From positions 1 to 61,250 of the forward strand of contig VGKG01000005.1 in the NCBI GenBank assembly GCA_016867115.1: a stretch of 61,250 nucleotides of DNA, in the 5' to 3' direction. This document shows, one piece after another, positions 17,527 through 26,377 of the stretch. The stretch is from Candidatus Omnitrophota bacterium (GTDB taxonomy: Bacteria; Omnitrophota; Gorgyraeia; Gygaellales; Profunditerraquicolaceae). The stretch's first letter is position 1, and every line of letters starts with the position of its first letter. The notes below the pieces were generated by a model. It saw only the letters and a list, made by a program, of their open reading frames with translations. It had not been told where the DNA came from and made no database searches. Position numbers and translations under genes: made by a program.

Positions 17527-20322
17527 TTAGCTAGCCTTCAATACCTTTCTCAGGTAGGCGCCGGTATAAGAATCCGCCTTCTGTGCCAGCTCTTCGGGAG
17601 CGCAGGCTGCTACCAGCCTTCCGCCGGCATCCCCGCCTTCGGGGCCAAGGTCGATTATGTAATCGCTGCACTTGATCACTTCCAGGTTATGCTCAATGAC
17701 GATCACGGTATTGCCCTTATCCGCCAGCCGCTGCAGGACCGAAATGAGCTTGGCCACATCGGCAAAGTGCAGGCCCGTAGTCGGTTCATCCAGGATGTAA
17801 ACGGTCTTTCCGGACGAACGGCGGCTCAGTTCCGAGGAGAGCTTCAGGCGCTGGGCCTCGCCTCCGGAAAGGGTAGTGGCTGACTGGCCCAGCTGTATGT
17901 AACCTAACCCTACGTCGTTTAAAAGATTGAGGGTATTTTTAACGGGCGGGATGCCGGAGAAGAGGTCCAGCGCCTCCTCGACCGTCATATCCAGGCAGTC
18001 GGCAATGGACTTACCCTTATATTTTACTTCCAGCGTCGCGTCGTTAAACCGCTCGCCCTTACAGACATCGCACTTGACGTAGACATCGGGCAGGAAATGC
18101 ATCTCGATCCTTTTTATGCCATCTCCCATGCACGCCTCGCAGCGTCCGCCTTTGACGTTAAAGGAGAACCTGCCCGGTTTATATCCGCGGCTGCGCGCCT
18201 CGGGGAGCTTGCTGAAAAGGTCGCGGATATGCGTATAGACCCCGGTATAGGTGGCAGGGTTGGAGCGCGGGGTCCTGCCGATAGGCGACTGGTCGACCAC
18301 GACTACTTTATCGATGTATTCTACACCCAGGAGCGCCTTATGCAGCCCGGGTTTTTCTTTGGATTTATACAACCTCTTAGCCAGGGCCCGGTAAAGGATC
18401 TCATCAATGAGCGTGGACTTTCCTGATCCGGATACTCCGGTAACGCAGATAAAGGTGCCCAGCGGAAACTTTATATCGATATTTTTCAGGTTGTGCTCTG
18501 CCGCGCCCTTTACCTCTAAAAACCTCTTCTCTTTCCACGGCCTTCGCATTTGCGGGGCCTCGATCTCAAGCTGCCGGTTCAGGTATTTTGCGGTAAGGGA
18601 ATCTACGCATTTTAAAAGCTCATCCTTCGGGCCGCTAAAGATCACCTCTCCGCCGTGCCTGCCTGCGCCCGGGCCCAGGTCTACTACATGATCGGCGCTA
18701 CGGATAGTCGCCTCATCATGCTCCACTACCACCAGGGTATTACCCAGGTCCCTTAACGCCTTTAAGGTGGAGAGGAGCTTGTAATTATCCCGCTGATGCA
18801 GGCCGATGCTTGGCTCATCAAGGATGTACAGGACGCCGACCAGCCCAGAGCCTACCTGGGTAGCCAGGCGGATCCTCTGCGCCTCTCCTCCGGAGAGAGT
18901 GGCGCTCTTACGGTCCAGGGTCAGGTATTCCAGGCCTACGTCGATGCAGAATTGCAGTTTCTGAATGATCTCTTTCAGGGCCTGCCTTGCGATCAGCTTC
19001 TGGCGGTCAGTCAATTTCAGGCCGCTGAAAAAGGAGTGCGCTTCTTTTACGGACATCTGTGTCACTTCCCAGATATTTTTATTGCTTATCTTTACTGCCA
19101 GGCTCATCATCTTAAGGCGCGCACCCTGACAGGCGGGGCAGGGGAGGCTGGACATGAACCTGCTGATCTCTTCTTTCAGGTAATCGCTTTCCGTCTCCCG
19201 GAAAAGCCGGGTCAGATGCGGAATGATCCCCTCAAAAGGCTTGCCGGCGACCTCTATATCCGTGCCGTAAGTAATCGCCTTCTGTACATCCCTGCCTAAT
19301 TTCTTAAACGGGGTATCCAGGTCAAAACCCATCTCATCGGCGAGCTCACGGATCAGCCAACGGTAATAAAGGATGTAGCCGCGGCCACCTCTTTTCCAGG
19401 GCTCAAGCGCCCCTTCATTGATGGATTTATTTTTGTCCGGCACCACCAGGTCCGGGTCAAACTCAAACCTGGTCCCCAGGCCGTTACATTCCGGGCAGGC
19501 GCCGTAGGGAGAATTAAAGGAAAAAACGCGCGGCTCGACTTCGGAATAGCTTATGCCGCAAGTCGCGCAGGCATACTGCTCGCTGAAGACCAGGTCCGCC
19601 TGCCTGCCCTGCCGGCTGACAATGACCATGCCGTTACCGGTCTTTAGCGCAGTCTCCACCGAATCGGTGAGGCGCTTCTTTACTTCGGGTTTAATGGTGA
19701 GCCTGTCTACCACCACCTCGATGTTATGTACCTTGTATTTAGCTAAACTTTTGCGTAAAGGAAGTTCGAAGACCTCACCGTCCACCCGGCAGCGCACAAA
19801 ACCCGACTTCTGGATCGCCTTGAATACTTCCCTGTACTCTCCCTTTCTCCCCCGCACGACCGGAGCCAGGACCTGCACTTCTGTGCCGGGCCCCAGATCC
19901 ATGATCTGCCCGACTATTTCCTGCGAGCTCTGCCTTGAGATGAGCCGGCCGCAGCGGTAGCAGTAGACCGTGCCGATGCGGGCGTAGACTATCCTTAAAT
20001 AATCGTAGATCTCTGTCTGTGTTGCGACAGTGGAACGGGGGCTTCCTCCGGCAGTGCGCTGTTCGATGGCAATGGCCGGGGAGAGGCCGCTGATATACTC
20101 CACATCCGGTTTTTGCAGCTGTTCCAGGAACTGGCGGGCGTAACTTGAAAGGCTCTCCACGAACCTGCGCTGGCCTTCGGCATATAGGGTGTCAAAGGCA
20201 AGGCTGGATTTGCCTGAACCGGAAAGGCCGGTGACCACGATGAGCCTGTTACGGGGGAGTTCCAGACTTATGCTCTTCAGGTTGTGCTCTTTGGCGCCCC
20301 TGATGAAGATCGTTTCTTCCAT
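17527..20322 (-). CDS. uvrA: Excinuclease ABC subunit A
   Basis: GLSGSGKSSL and GVSGSGKSTL are the Walker A motifs, LSGGE occurs twice, and zinc-finger Cys clusters are present. The likely start is MEETIFIRGAKEHNL (20322) rather than 20376. Confidence 0.95.
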   Translation of the reverse strand: MEETIFIRGAKEHNLKSISLELPRNRLIVVTGLSGSGKSSLAFDTLYAEGQRRFVESLSSYARQFLEQLQKPDVEYISGLSPAIAIEQRTAGGSPRSTVATQTEIYDYLRIVYARIGTVYCYRCGRLISRQSSQEIVGQIMDLGPGTEVQVLAPVVRGRKGEYREVFKAIQKSGFVRCRVDGEVFELPLRKSLAKYKVHNIEVVVDRLTIKPEVKKRLTDSVETALKTGNGMVIVSRQGRQADLVFSEQYACATCGISYSEVEPRVFSFNSPYGACPECNGLGTRFEFDPDLVVPDKNKSINEGALEPWKRGGRGYILYYRWLIRELADEMGFDLDTPFKKLGRDVQKAITYGTDIEVAGKPFEGIIPHLTRLFRETESDYLKEEISRFMSSLPCPACQGARLKMMSLAVKISNKNIWEVTQMSVKEAHSFFSGLKLTDRQKLIARQALKEIIQKLQFCIDVGLEYLTLDRKSATLSGGEAQRIRLATQVGSGLVGVLYILDEPSIGLHQRDNYKLLSTLKALRDLGNTLVVVEHDEATIRSADHVVDLGPGAGRHGGEVIFSGPKDELLKCVDSLTAKYLNRQLEIEAPQMRRPWKEKRFLEVKGAAEHNLKNIDIKFPLGTFICVTGVSGSGKSTLIDEILYRALAKRLYKSKEKPGLHKALLGVEYIDKVVVVDQSPIGRTPRSNPATYTGVYTHIRDLFSKLPEARSRGYKPGRFSFNVKGGRCEACMGDGIKRIEMHFLPDVYVKCDVCKGERFNDATLEVKYKGKSIADCLDMTVEEALDLFSGIPPVKNTLNLLNDVGLGYIQLGQSATTLSGGEAQRLKLSSELSRRSSGKTVYILDEPTTGLHFADVAKLISVLQRLADKGNTVIVIEHNLEVIKCSDYIIDLGPEGGDAGGRLVAACAPEELAQKADSYTGAYLRKVLKAS

Positions 20323-20410
20323 AGAAGTGAAATTATACCAAAAAAGAAAGCCCCTGTAAATCGAAGATAAAGCCATATTACAGGGGCTTCTTTTGCGCTT
20401 TTTAAAGCGC

Positions 20411-20653
20411 CTAGCGTTTTTTCTTTTTCTTGCCGCCTCTTTTCATCTTGGCGCAGGAAACATCACCCTTCTTGTCCACGAAATAGAGGTAACCTTCTTT
20501 CCTCTTGATGCCGACTTTCGCGACCTTTTTCGGGCTGCCTCCTTTTTTCTTGCCTCTTGCCATCTTTGCGCAGGAGACATCGCCTTTCTTGTCGATGAAA
20601 TAGAGGTAACCTTTCTGCCTCTTGATGCCCAGTTTCACCAGTTTCGTTGCCAT
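20411..20653 (-). CDS. Small, highly basic protein built from two tandem modules of about 38 aa. Function unknown.
   Basis: GIKRxxGYLYF(I/V)DKKGDVSCAKM(A/K)RG occurs twice. The two DNA copies differ at synonymous third positions of this frame (aag/aaa, ggt/ggc, gtt/gtc, gcc/gca). AGGGGGTGA lies 9 nt upstream. Confidence 0.7.
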   Translation of the reverse strand: MATKLVKLGIKRQKGYLYFIDKKGDVSCAKMARGKKKGGSPKKVAKVGIKRKEGYLYFVDKKGDVSCAKMKRGGKKKKKR

Positions 20654-20692
20654 CTTATTATTTCACCCCCTTTCGTTGTAATATTTTATTTC

Positions 20693-21523
20693 TCAGGTGC
20701 CGATCTTTGCCGGCGCCAGTATTCCCCTTAAAGTGGCGATAGCCGAAAGCACCGCCAGGTAGCTGGTCTTGGGGTTATCCGGGTGCGTGATATTCTCCGT
20801 GCGCGTGGTGATCTTTGCCGCTTCAGAGAGGATCTGGATCTCATGGATATTCTTCTTTGTGCCAGGGGAAGCCACGATCTTTACATAAGTCTTATCCGCG
20901 CCTATCCCGGCAAGGCTCAAAACCGCAGCCACATTAATATTCTGCGGGAAAAACCTGACTGCTCTTATCGCCGGCCCGAAATAGAGGGTCTTATCCTGCC
21001 TGACCTTATCCAGGTCGATCTTAAGTTTTTTGACGTATTCGACTCCCTTGAACGCAGCCGGGTTCTTACGCGTGGTCAGAAGCACGCTCCTGATCCTTCT
21101 GATCCCCGCGGCCTTGAGGCCGTCTATCCCTGAGATCGCGCCGCTGGGGATGAAGATCCGGCGCCCTTTCTTCCCGGCGATAGCGGATAGACGATTAAAG
21201 GAACTTACCAGGCCGCCGACGCTCATCACCATGACGTCCCTGCCTTTATCCAGAGACTCCCCGGCAATTTCAGCCGAGGCGGCGGCGCAAGAACACTCGA
21301 CCACCAATTCCGACCTGCGGATCAATTCCCCCAGGCTTTTAACCGCCGCTGCCTCTTTTTTAAAAAGCCTGCGGGACAGCCTGCGGGATTTTTCCTGGTC
21401 AAGGTCAAAGAGCGCGACCAACCTTGCCTGGCGCGAAAAATCCCTGACAATAGCCCCGGCCAGTGAACTTCCTATCGCGCCGCATCCGACAATTCCGATT
21501 CTTAATTTTCCAGGCATCTGCAA
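20693..21523 (-). CDS. nadX: L-aspartate dehydrogenase
   Basis: IGIVGCGAIG, FPQNINVAAV, NIHEIQI and HPDNPKTSYLAVLS match the NadX family pattern. Confidence 0.75.
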   Translation of the reverse strand: MQMPGKLRIGIVGCGAIGSSLAGAIVRDFSRQARLVALFDLDQEKSRRLSRRLFKKEAAAVKSLGELIRRSELVVECSCAAASAEIAGESLDKGRDVMVMSVGGLVSSFNRLSAIAGKKGRRIFIPSGAISGIDGLKAAGIRRIRSVLLTTRKNPAAFKGVEYVKKLKIDLDKVRQDKTLYFGPAIRAVRFFPQNINVAAVLSLAGIGADKTYVKIVASPGTKKNIHEIQILSEAAKITTRTENITHPDNPKTSYLAVLSAIATLRGILAPAKIGT

Positions 21524-21536
21524 ATAAAATTACCGG

Positions 21537-22379
21537 TTACCGAACTATTACATTATCAATCAAGCGCGTACTGCCTATCCGCGCGGCCATGGCAATCAGC
21601 GCCTTGCCCTTTATTCTCCCGATCGGCTTCAGGTCAGCCAGGTTCACGATAAAAATATAGTCGATCTTTACTCTTTTTTTAGCCCGCACCAGCTGCGTCA
21701 TTTTTCTGATGATCTTCCCGGAATCCCTGACGCCTTTCCGGACCAGGCCCTCCGCCAGCCTTAACGCCTCTGATAAGACAAGCGCGTCGCGTCGCCCCTC
21801 TTTGCTCAAATACACATTCCTTGAACTTAAAGCCAGGCCTGCGGGCTCGCGCACGATAGGCGAGACCTTTATTCGTACCGGCATATTCAGGTCCTTGGCC
21901 AGCCTCCTGATGATCGCCGCCTGCTGGGCGTCCTTTTGGCCGAAATACGCACGCGTAGGATTCACGATATTGAAGAGCTTGGTCACTACCGTAGCTACGC
22001 CGCGGAAGTGCCCGGGCCGCGACCTTCCGCAGAGGACCCTACTTAAACCCTCCACCTCCACAAAAGTGCAATAACCCTGCGGGTACATCTCTTTTGCCTG
22101 CGGGTAAAACAGGGCATCCACCCCCTCTCTGCGTAGAAGCGAGGCGTCCCTCCTGAAATCCCTGGGGTATCTGTGCAGATCCTCTTTCGGCCCGAACTGG
22201 GCAGGGTTGACAAAGATGCTGGCTACCGCGCAATTATTTTCCGTTTTGGCCTTACGGATAAGGCTCAGGTGCCCTTCATGGAGCGCGCCCATCGTGGGTA
22301 CAAAACCTATCGTCCTGCCCTTAAGTTGCATCCGGCGGCTATACCCCTGCATCTTTCTGATCGTACGGATCACTTTCAT
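21537..22379 (-). CDS. panC: Pantoate--beta-alanine ligase
   Basis: GFVPTMGALHEGHLSLIR is the diagnostic motif. Confidence 0.93.
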   Translation of the reverse strand: MKVIRTIRKMQGYSRRMQLKGRTIGFVPTMGALHEGHLSLIRKAKTENNCAVASIFVNPAQFGPKEDLHRYPRDFRRDASLLRREGVDALFYPQAKEMYPQGYCTFVEVEGLSRVLCGRSRPGHFRGVATVVTKLFNIVNPTRAYFGQKDAQQAAIIRRLAKDLNMPVRIKVSPIVREPAGLALSSRNVYLSKEGRRDALVLSEALRLAEGLVRKGVRDSGKIIRKMTQLVRAKKRVKIDYIFIVNLADLKPIGRIKGKALIAMAARIGSTRLIDNVIVR

Positions 22380-22777
22380 ATTATTTCCAGTAAGGGCCTG
22401 CGCACAAAATCACGCTTCTTTATCCCCGGATGCGGGATCTCTAAAACCTTATCCCTGACGATACTGTCTCCGTAAAAAAGGATATCCAGATCTATGGGGC
22501 GCGGCCCCCAGCGTACGCCGGCGGTCCTGCCTAATTTCCTTTCGATATCTTTGAGCTCTTTAAGGAGTTTGGGCGGAGGAAGGCTGGTGACGATCCTGGC
22601 CGCGGCGTTCAGGAATTTGGGCTGCCTGGTTACGCCTTGAGGAAGGGTCTCGATTATTGAGGAAAGTTTGACGACTTTTGTCTCCCTGAGGGCATTGATC
22701 TGGCCTACCGCCCTCTTTATATTCTTACGCCTATCTCCCAGGTTTGAACCGATGCCCAGAAAACAAGTCACCATCAA
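22376..22777 (-). CDS. folK: 2-amino-4-hydroxy-6-hydroxymethyldihydropteridine diphosphokinase
   Basis: FLGIGSNLGDR and RWGPRPIDLDIL are the diagnostic motifs. Confidence 0.9.
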   Translation of the reverse strand: MMVTCFLGIGSNLGDRRKNIKRAVGQINALRETKVVKLSSIIETLPQGVTRQPKFLNAAARIVTSLPPPKLLKELKDIERKLGRTAGVRWGPRPIDLDILFYGDSIVRDKVLEIPHPGIKKRDFVRRPLLEII

Positions 22778-23934
22778 ATGATCTTCTTAAGCCGGACTAC
22801 TGCCTCGTTAACGCGCTCTTCAGGCACAGTCAAAGCCATCCGGATGTACCCTTCGCCGTATTTACCGAATCCAATCCCCGGAGTGACAACCAGGTTTGCC
22901 TTTTCAAGGATCAGCGCGGCGAACTTTATGGAATCCGTTTTAGCGGGGATCTTTATCCAGACATAAAAGGTCGCTTTTGGGGGGCTTACCTTCCACCCCA
23001 AAGAACTCAGGCCCTTTATCAGGGCGTCGCGCCTTCCCTGATACATCCGGCACATCTTTTGGGTATGCTCATCCGGCCCGTCCAGAGCCGCGATCCCGGC
23101 TAACTGAATCGCCGAGAATATGCCGGAGTCAACATTGGACTTTACCTCGGCCAGCGCTGACACAAGCGCCGCATTCCCCAGCGCCCAGCCGATGCGCCAA
23201 CCGGTCATATTATATGTTTTGGAGAGAGAATGGAACTCGATGGCAATCTCTCTTGCTCCTTCGAACTCGAAAACGCTCGGAGCGCGGTAGCCGTCATAGC
23301 CCATCTCCGAATAGGCGAGGTCGGAAACAAGGACGATTTTATTCCTGCGGGCAAACTCTATTGCCTGCTGATAGAATTCTATTCCCGCGGTAGCGGAAGT
23401 AGGATTATTCGGGTAATTGAGATAGAGTATCTTTGCTTTTTTAAGGACGGCGGGCGGTATTTTCTTAAAGTCGGGGAGGAAACCGTTTGATTCAAGGAGC
23501 GGCAAAAGATAGGGCCTGCCTCCGGCCAGGATCGTGCCGCCCTTATACGGAGGATAGCACGGATCCGGCACCAGAGAATAATCCCCCGGATTGATGAAGG
23601 CTAAAGGAAAATGCGCGATCCCCTCTTTTGAACCGATCAGAGGCAGGATCTCCGTCTCCGGGTCAAAATCCAGGTCAAACCTTCTTTTGTACCAGGCCTG
23701 GATCGAACGGCGCAAAGCCGGCATCCCCTGGTCCAGGGCATAGCGATGATTTGCCGGATCCCCGGCTGCCTTATCCAGCGCGTCGATGATGTATCCGGGC
23801 GTAGGCTGATCCGGATCGCCTATCCCAAGGTCAATGATGTCGCGGCCTTCGGCCCTTGCTTTTCTCTTTGCCTTATCAATCTCTAAGAAAAGATACGGCG
23901 GAAGACTTTGTAAATTTTTAGAAAGTTTGAACAT
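22774..23934 (-). CDS. dapL: LL-diaminopimelate aminotransferase (class I aminotransferase)
   Basis: LPPYLFLEIDKAK...IDLGIGDPDQPTP is the N-terminus, SLSKTYNMTGWRIG carries the PLP lysine, and it is embedded among dap genes. Confidence 0.8.
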   Translation of the reverse strand: MFKLSKNLQSLPPYLFLEIDKAKRKARAEGRDIIDLGIGDPDQPTPGYIIDALDKAAGDPANHRYALDQGMPALRRSIQAWYKRRFDLDFDPETEILPLIGSKEGIAHFPLAFINPGDYSLVPDPCYPPYKGGTILAGGRPYLLPLLESNGFLPDFKKIPPAVLKKAKILYLNYPNNPTSATAGIEFYQQAIEFARRNKIVLVSDLAYSEMGYDGYRAPSVFEFEGAREIAIEFHSLSKTYNMTGWRIGWALGNAALVSALAEVKSNVDSGIFSAIQLAGIAALDGPDEHTQKMCRMYQGRRDALIKGLSSLGWKVSPPKATFYVWIKIPAKTDSIKFAALILEKANLVVTPGIGFGKYGEGYIRMALTVPEERVNEAVVRLKKII

Positions 23935-23941
23935 GCGCCTC

Positions 23942-24652
23942 CTACTTCAGTACGTCTTGCATGGAATATAGCCCCGCGGGTTTTCCCATCACCCACTTGG
24001 CCGCTTTCAAAGCACCCAGGGCGAAGAGGTCCCGCGAGTGCGCCTGATGCTTGATCTCGATGCGTTCGGAATTACCGCAAAAGATGATTGTGTGATCCCC
24101 GACGATATCGCCAAGCCTCACGGCGTGGACCGGGACCTCTTTTGCGGTAGCTTCGGCCAGGATCGCGCCGAACTTCTTGGCCGTGCCGGAAGGCGCGTCC
24201 TTTTTTGCTTTATGGTGCGCCTCGACGATCTCGATACTGTAATCCGCACCCAGCCTCCTCGCCAGTTCCGGAAGCATGCTGAATAACACATTTACCCCGA
24301 CTGACATATTCGGAGAGAATACCACCGGAACGACCTTGGAGACCTCTTCCACTTTCCTGATCTGGCTGTCAGTCAGGCCGGTAGTCCCCAACACCAGCGC
24401 TTTCCTGTATCTGGCCACATAATCAAGATTGGATTCGGTCGCCTCGGGAGCGGTAAAGTCGATCAGCACATCGATGAGGAATATCCCGTCAGAGGTGGAT
24501 GATATCTTAAGCCTGCCCATCTCCCTGCCGATAGCGGGTGTTCCCCTCTTCTCTAAGGCGAGCGTCAGTTCAAAGTCCTTATCAGAAGAGGCCAGCTCAA
24601 AAATACGCCTTCCCATTTTTCCGCAGACGCCGGCAATGCCGAGTTTGATCAT
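23942..24652 (-). CDS. dapB: 4-hydroxy-tetrahydrodipicolinate reductase
   Basis: Has GVCGKMGRR and EAHHKAKKDAPSGTA. Confidence 0.92.
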   Translation of the reverse strand: MIKLGIAGVCGKMGRRIFELASSDKDFELTLALEKRGTPAIGREMGRLKISSTSDGIFLIDVLIDFTAPEATESNLDYVARYRKALVLGTTGLTDSQIRKVEEVSKVVPVVFSPNMSVGVNVLFSMLPELARRLGADYSIEIVEAHHKAKKDAPSGTAKKFGAILAEATAKEVPVHAVRLGDIVGDHTIIFCGNSERIEIKHQAHSRDLFALGALKAAKWVMGKPAGLYSMQDVLK

Positions 24653-24660
24653 CTTGCCTC

Positions 24661-25539
24661 CTACTTCAGTAACCCGTAGTCCTTCAGCGCTTTTTTAAGT
24701 TTCTCCAGATTCTCCGGCGACATGGAACACATCGGCAGCCTGAGGTCCGGTTCGCATAAACCCATCATGCCCATGGCCGTCTTTACCGGTATGGGATTGG
24801 TCTCTAAAAAGCAGGTCTTGATCAGCGGCAGGAGCTTAAAATGCAGCTCCTTTGCTTTTTTCAGGTTCCCTTTCTCAAACTCAAGCACCATCTCCGCGAC
24901 ATCCTTAGGCGCGATATTCGCGACTACGGAGATTATCCCTGTCCCGCCGATGCTTAATACCGGAAGGGTCAAGGAGTCGTCCCCGGAGATCAGACAGAAA
25001 GACGGCGGGCATAATTGCTTTATGCGCGACATCTGATCAAGGCTGCCGGAGGCCTCCTTCACGCCCACGATATTCTTGCAATCACCGGCAAGCCTTGCTA
25101 TCGTCTCCGGCTCGATGTTCACCCCGGTGCGCGAAGCAATGTTATAGAGGATGATCGGGATATCCACGGCTTCGGCAATGGCCTTAAAATGCTCATAAAG
25201 CCCGCGCTGTGTGGGCCGGTTATAATAGGGTGAGACCTGCAGCGACGCATCCGCCCCGCTCTCCGCAGCGTGCTTAGTCAGGGTAATCGCCTCTTCGGTG
25301 GAGTTTGAGCCGGTGCCGGCGATGACCGGAACCCTTTTTTTGACCTGATCGATGGTGATCTCGATCACTTTGTCGTGTTCCAGGAATGATAACGTAGCCG
25401 ATTCTCCGGTCGTGCCGCAGGGGACGATGCCAGAGGTGCCGTTTTCGATCTGGAAATCGATCAGGTCCCGCAGTTTCTTTTCGTCGACCATTCCGTTTTT
25501 GAATGGCGTAACTATGGCTACTATTGAACCCTTAAACAT
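24661..25539 (-). CDS. dapA: 4-hydroxy-tetrahydrodipicolinate synthase
   Basis: Has GTTGESATL and the overall DapA pattern. Confidence 0.93.
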   Translation of the reverse strand: MFKGSIVAIVTPFKNGMVDEKKLRDLIDFQIENGTSGIVPCGTTGESATLSFLEHDKVIEITIDQVKKRVPVIAGTGSNSTEEAITLTKHAAESGADASLQVSPYYNRPTQRGLYEHFKAIAEAVDIPIILYNIASRTGVNIEPETIARLAGDCKNIVGVKEASGSLDQMSRIKQLCPPSFCLISGDDSLTLPVLSIGGTGIISVVANIAPKDVAEMVLEFEKGNLKKAKELHFKLLPLIKTCFLETNPIPVKTAMGMMGLCEPDLRLPMCSMSPENLEKLKKALKDYGLLK

Positions 25540-26377
25540 TAATCACCCCCGTATAGACGAGCCTCGCTTTTCCTTCAAGCCAGACGTCGCTGAAGGAGCG
25601 GCCTTCTCTTTTAAAATATACCCTCAGGGTTTCGCCGCTAAGCGTACACACATCCACCCTTCTTCCGGCGCCGGTCTTAAGGCCAAAGATTAGCGCTGCG
25701 GCAACGCTGCCCGTGCCGCAGGCCAGGGTCTCATCCTCGACGCCCCTTTCATAGGTGCGCACACAGATCTTATCTTTATCCATGGCTTCCGCAAAATCCG
25801 CATTCGTGCCTGCCGGAGCAAACCGGCTATGATAGCGGATCGCCCGGCCGAGGTCGTTGATATACATCTCATCCAGCCCTTCGACAAAGGTCACCGCATG
25901 CGGTACTCCGGTATCGATGAAGTTCGTCTTAAGATTCCTGCCCATCACCCGGACAGGCAGATCCAACCTTATGTTTTTCGGGCTGGTCAATTTTATCCTA
26001 ACATTATCCCCTGCAACAAGTGATTCGATTATTCCGGCCTTTGTCTCTATCCTCACTTGTGACCTTCTGACCTTGTCCCCTCCGGGGAGGCTGCGCTTCG
26101 CTTCGCGCTGACCTTGTGACTTATACAACGCCGTGCACCTTGCGCCGTTACCGCACATTTGGGCCTCTGAGCCGTCGGCATTAAAGATGCGCATCCTGAC
26201 ATCCGCGGCCTTTGTTTTCTCAAGAAGCAGCAGGCCGTCAGCACCGATACCGAGTTTTCTGTCACAGATTTTTCTCGCCAGTATCCTGTGACTTTGTGAC
26301 CTGGTGACCTGGTGACTCTCTATAACCACGAAGTCATTACCGGAAGCCACCATCTTGGCAAAGATTATCTTTTTCAT
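25532..26377 (-). CDS. dapF: Diaminopimelate epimerase
   Basis: Has GNDFVV, and CGNGARC and ACGTGS supply the catalytic cysteines. Confidence 0.92.
   Translation of the reverse strand: MKKIIFAKMVASGNDFVVIESHQVTRSQSHRILARKICDRKLGIGADGLLLLEKTKAADVRMRIFNADGSEAQMCGNGARCTALYKSQGQREAKRSLPGGDKVRRSQVRIETKAGIIESLVAGDNVRIKLTSPKNIRLDLPVRVMGRNLKTNFIDTGVPHAVTFVEGLDEMYINDLGRAIRYHSRFAPAGTNADFAEAMDKDKICVRTYERGVEDETLACGTGSVAAALIFGLKTGAGRRVDVCTLSGETLRVYFKREGRSFSDVWLEGKARLVYTGVINV
26059..26123 (+). repeat. Split octamer array inside dapF: two GTGACCTT-type units, a 33-bp GC-rich insert, then two more units
   Basis: The units are gtgacctt and ctgacctt (26059-26074), then the insert gtcccctccggggaggctgcgcttcgcttcgcg (26075-26107), then ctgacctt and gtgactta (26108-26123). 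It encodes KSQGQREAKRSLPGGDKVRRSQ. Confidence 0.85.
26288..26319 (+). repeat. Four tandem GTGACNNN octamers inside dapF
   Basis: The units gtgacttt gtgacctg gtgacctg gtgactct encode ESHQVTRSQSHR. Confidence 0.9.

Noticed and set aside
20393-20731. Plus-strand 112-aa ORF antisense to the small basic protein, which also shows an internal duplication
   Set aside because: Differences between the two DNA copies are synonymous in the minus frame but not in this one. The minus frame also has a ribosome-binding site and matches the orientation of all neighbours.
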